The notes under the pieces: model-generated
Seen by the model: only the letters and a program-made list of their open reading frames with translations
Databases searched by the model: none
What the model was told of the DNA's origin: nothing
Position numbers and translations under genes: made by a program
Source of the DNA: an archaeon
Lineage (GTDB): Archaea > B1Sed10-29 > JAJSAI01
Assembly (NCBI GenBank): GCA_024274695.1
Contig: JAJSAI010000031.1
Location: 1-47,496, forward strand
DNA: 47,496 nucleotides
Reading direction: 5' to 3'
Shown: positions 47,203-47,496 of the stretch, in pieces
Numbering within the stretch: the stretch's first letter is position 1
Layout of the letters: each line of letters starts with the position of its first letter

Positions 47203-47495
47203 TGGCGGGCCCAGTGGGATCCGAAAGGGAAGACACCTGCGGTTTCTCCCTCTACCCTCTTCCCTTCTTTAGGTAAAGGGAGGCTCATAAGGGGATACCA
47301 AAAGGGCGTTGCCCTTTTGGATCATCCAGGAACCTTTGGTTCCTGGTATGAAACCGTAGGTGCCCCTTATTCGGGTGAGGAGGGTAAAGAAAAATTTAGA
47401 AGGGAAAGGGGTAATAGGGGAATACCAAAAGGCGAAGCCTTTTGGATTATCCAAGAACCCAGGGGGTTCTTGGTATAAAACCGTAGGTTGTCCCT
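47203..47495. repeat. tRNA-linked hairpin repeat element, copy B
   Basis: 34 nt identical to the left end of copy A (plus CCA on minus); 47400-47495 matches 46794-46889 at 94/96; extra internal variant unit at about 47291-47367. Confidence 0.82.
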
Positions 47496-47496
47496 A

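Noticed and set aside
47203-47240. 3' half of a trans-spliced (split) tRNA
   Set aside because: The 5' strand of the T-stem is missing (CCCT precedes TTCGGAT and cannot pair with CCCAC) and no BHB could be built; the same applies to 46671-46690.
46529-47478. ORFs 46529-46822, 46679-46957, 46841-47041, 47155-47478 and 47269-47454
   Set aside because: They overlap tRNAs and hairpin repeats; their mutual similarity only reflects the DNA repeat.
46671-47495. CRISPR array
   Set aside because: Units are long, irregularly spaced, partly inverted and lack unique spacers of constant length; no cas genes in the window.

Overview
Archaeal chromosome segment (archaeal pilus genes, AglB, Nop5/fibrillarin, archaeal LeuRS, BHB-type tRNA splicing; a reduced DPANN-like lineage is plausible but only inferred). 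From left to right it holds: a type IV pilus operon (1-6292); uppS and a geranylgeranyl reductase; an AAA+/DUF4143-type ATPase bracketed by two 59-bp repeats, each made of paired palindromes; a ~25 kb sulfate-activation and N-glycosylation region (cysD/cysN, AlkP-family proteins, nucleotide-sugar enzymes, GT4s, flippase, GPT, AglB) with an AT-rich core; an intron-containing tRNA-Ile with the rare UAU anticodon; nop5/fibrillarin; leuS; and an AT-rich islet with an unannotated 36-aa YxD-repeat peptide upstream of a disrupted radical SAM/SPASM gene. The window ends in a tRNA locus with tRNA-Arg(CCG), hairpin-rich repeats carrying tRNA 3' ends, and a circularly permuted tRNA-Ser(CGA) gene whose 3' half precedes its 5' half, with a strict bulge-helix-bulge motif. 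All calls come from reading motifs by eye; no database searches were run.
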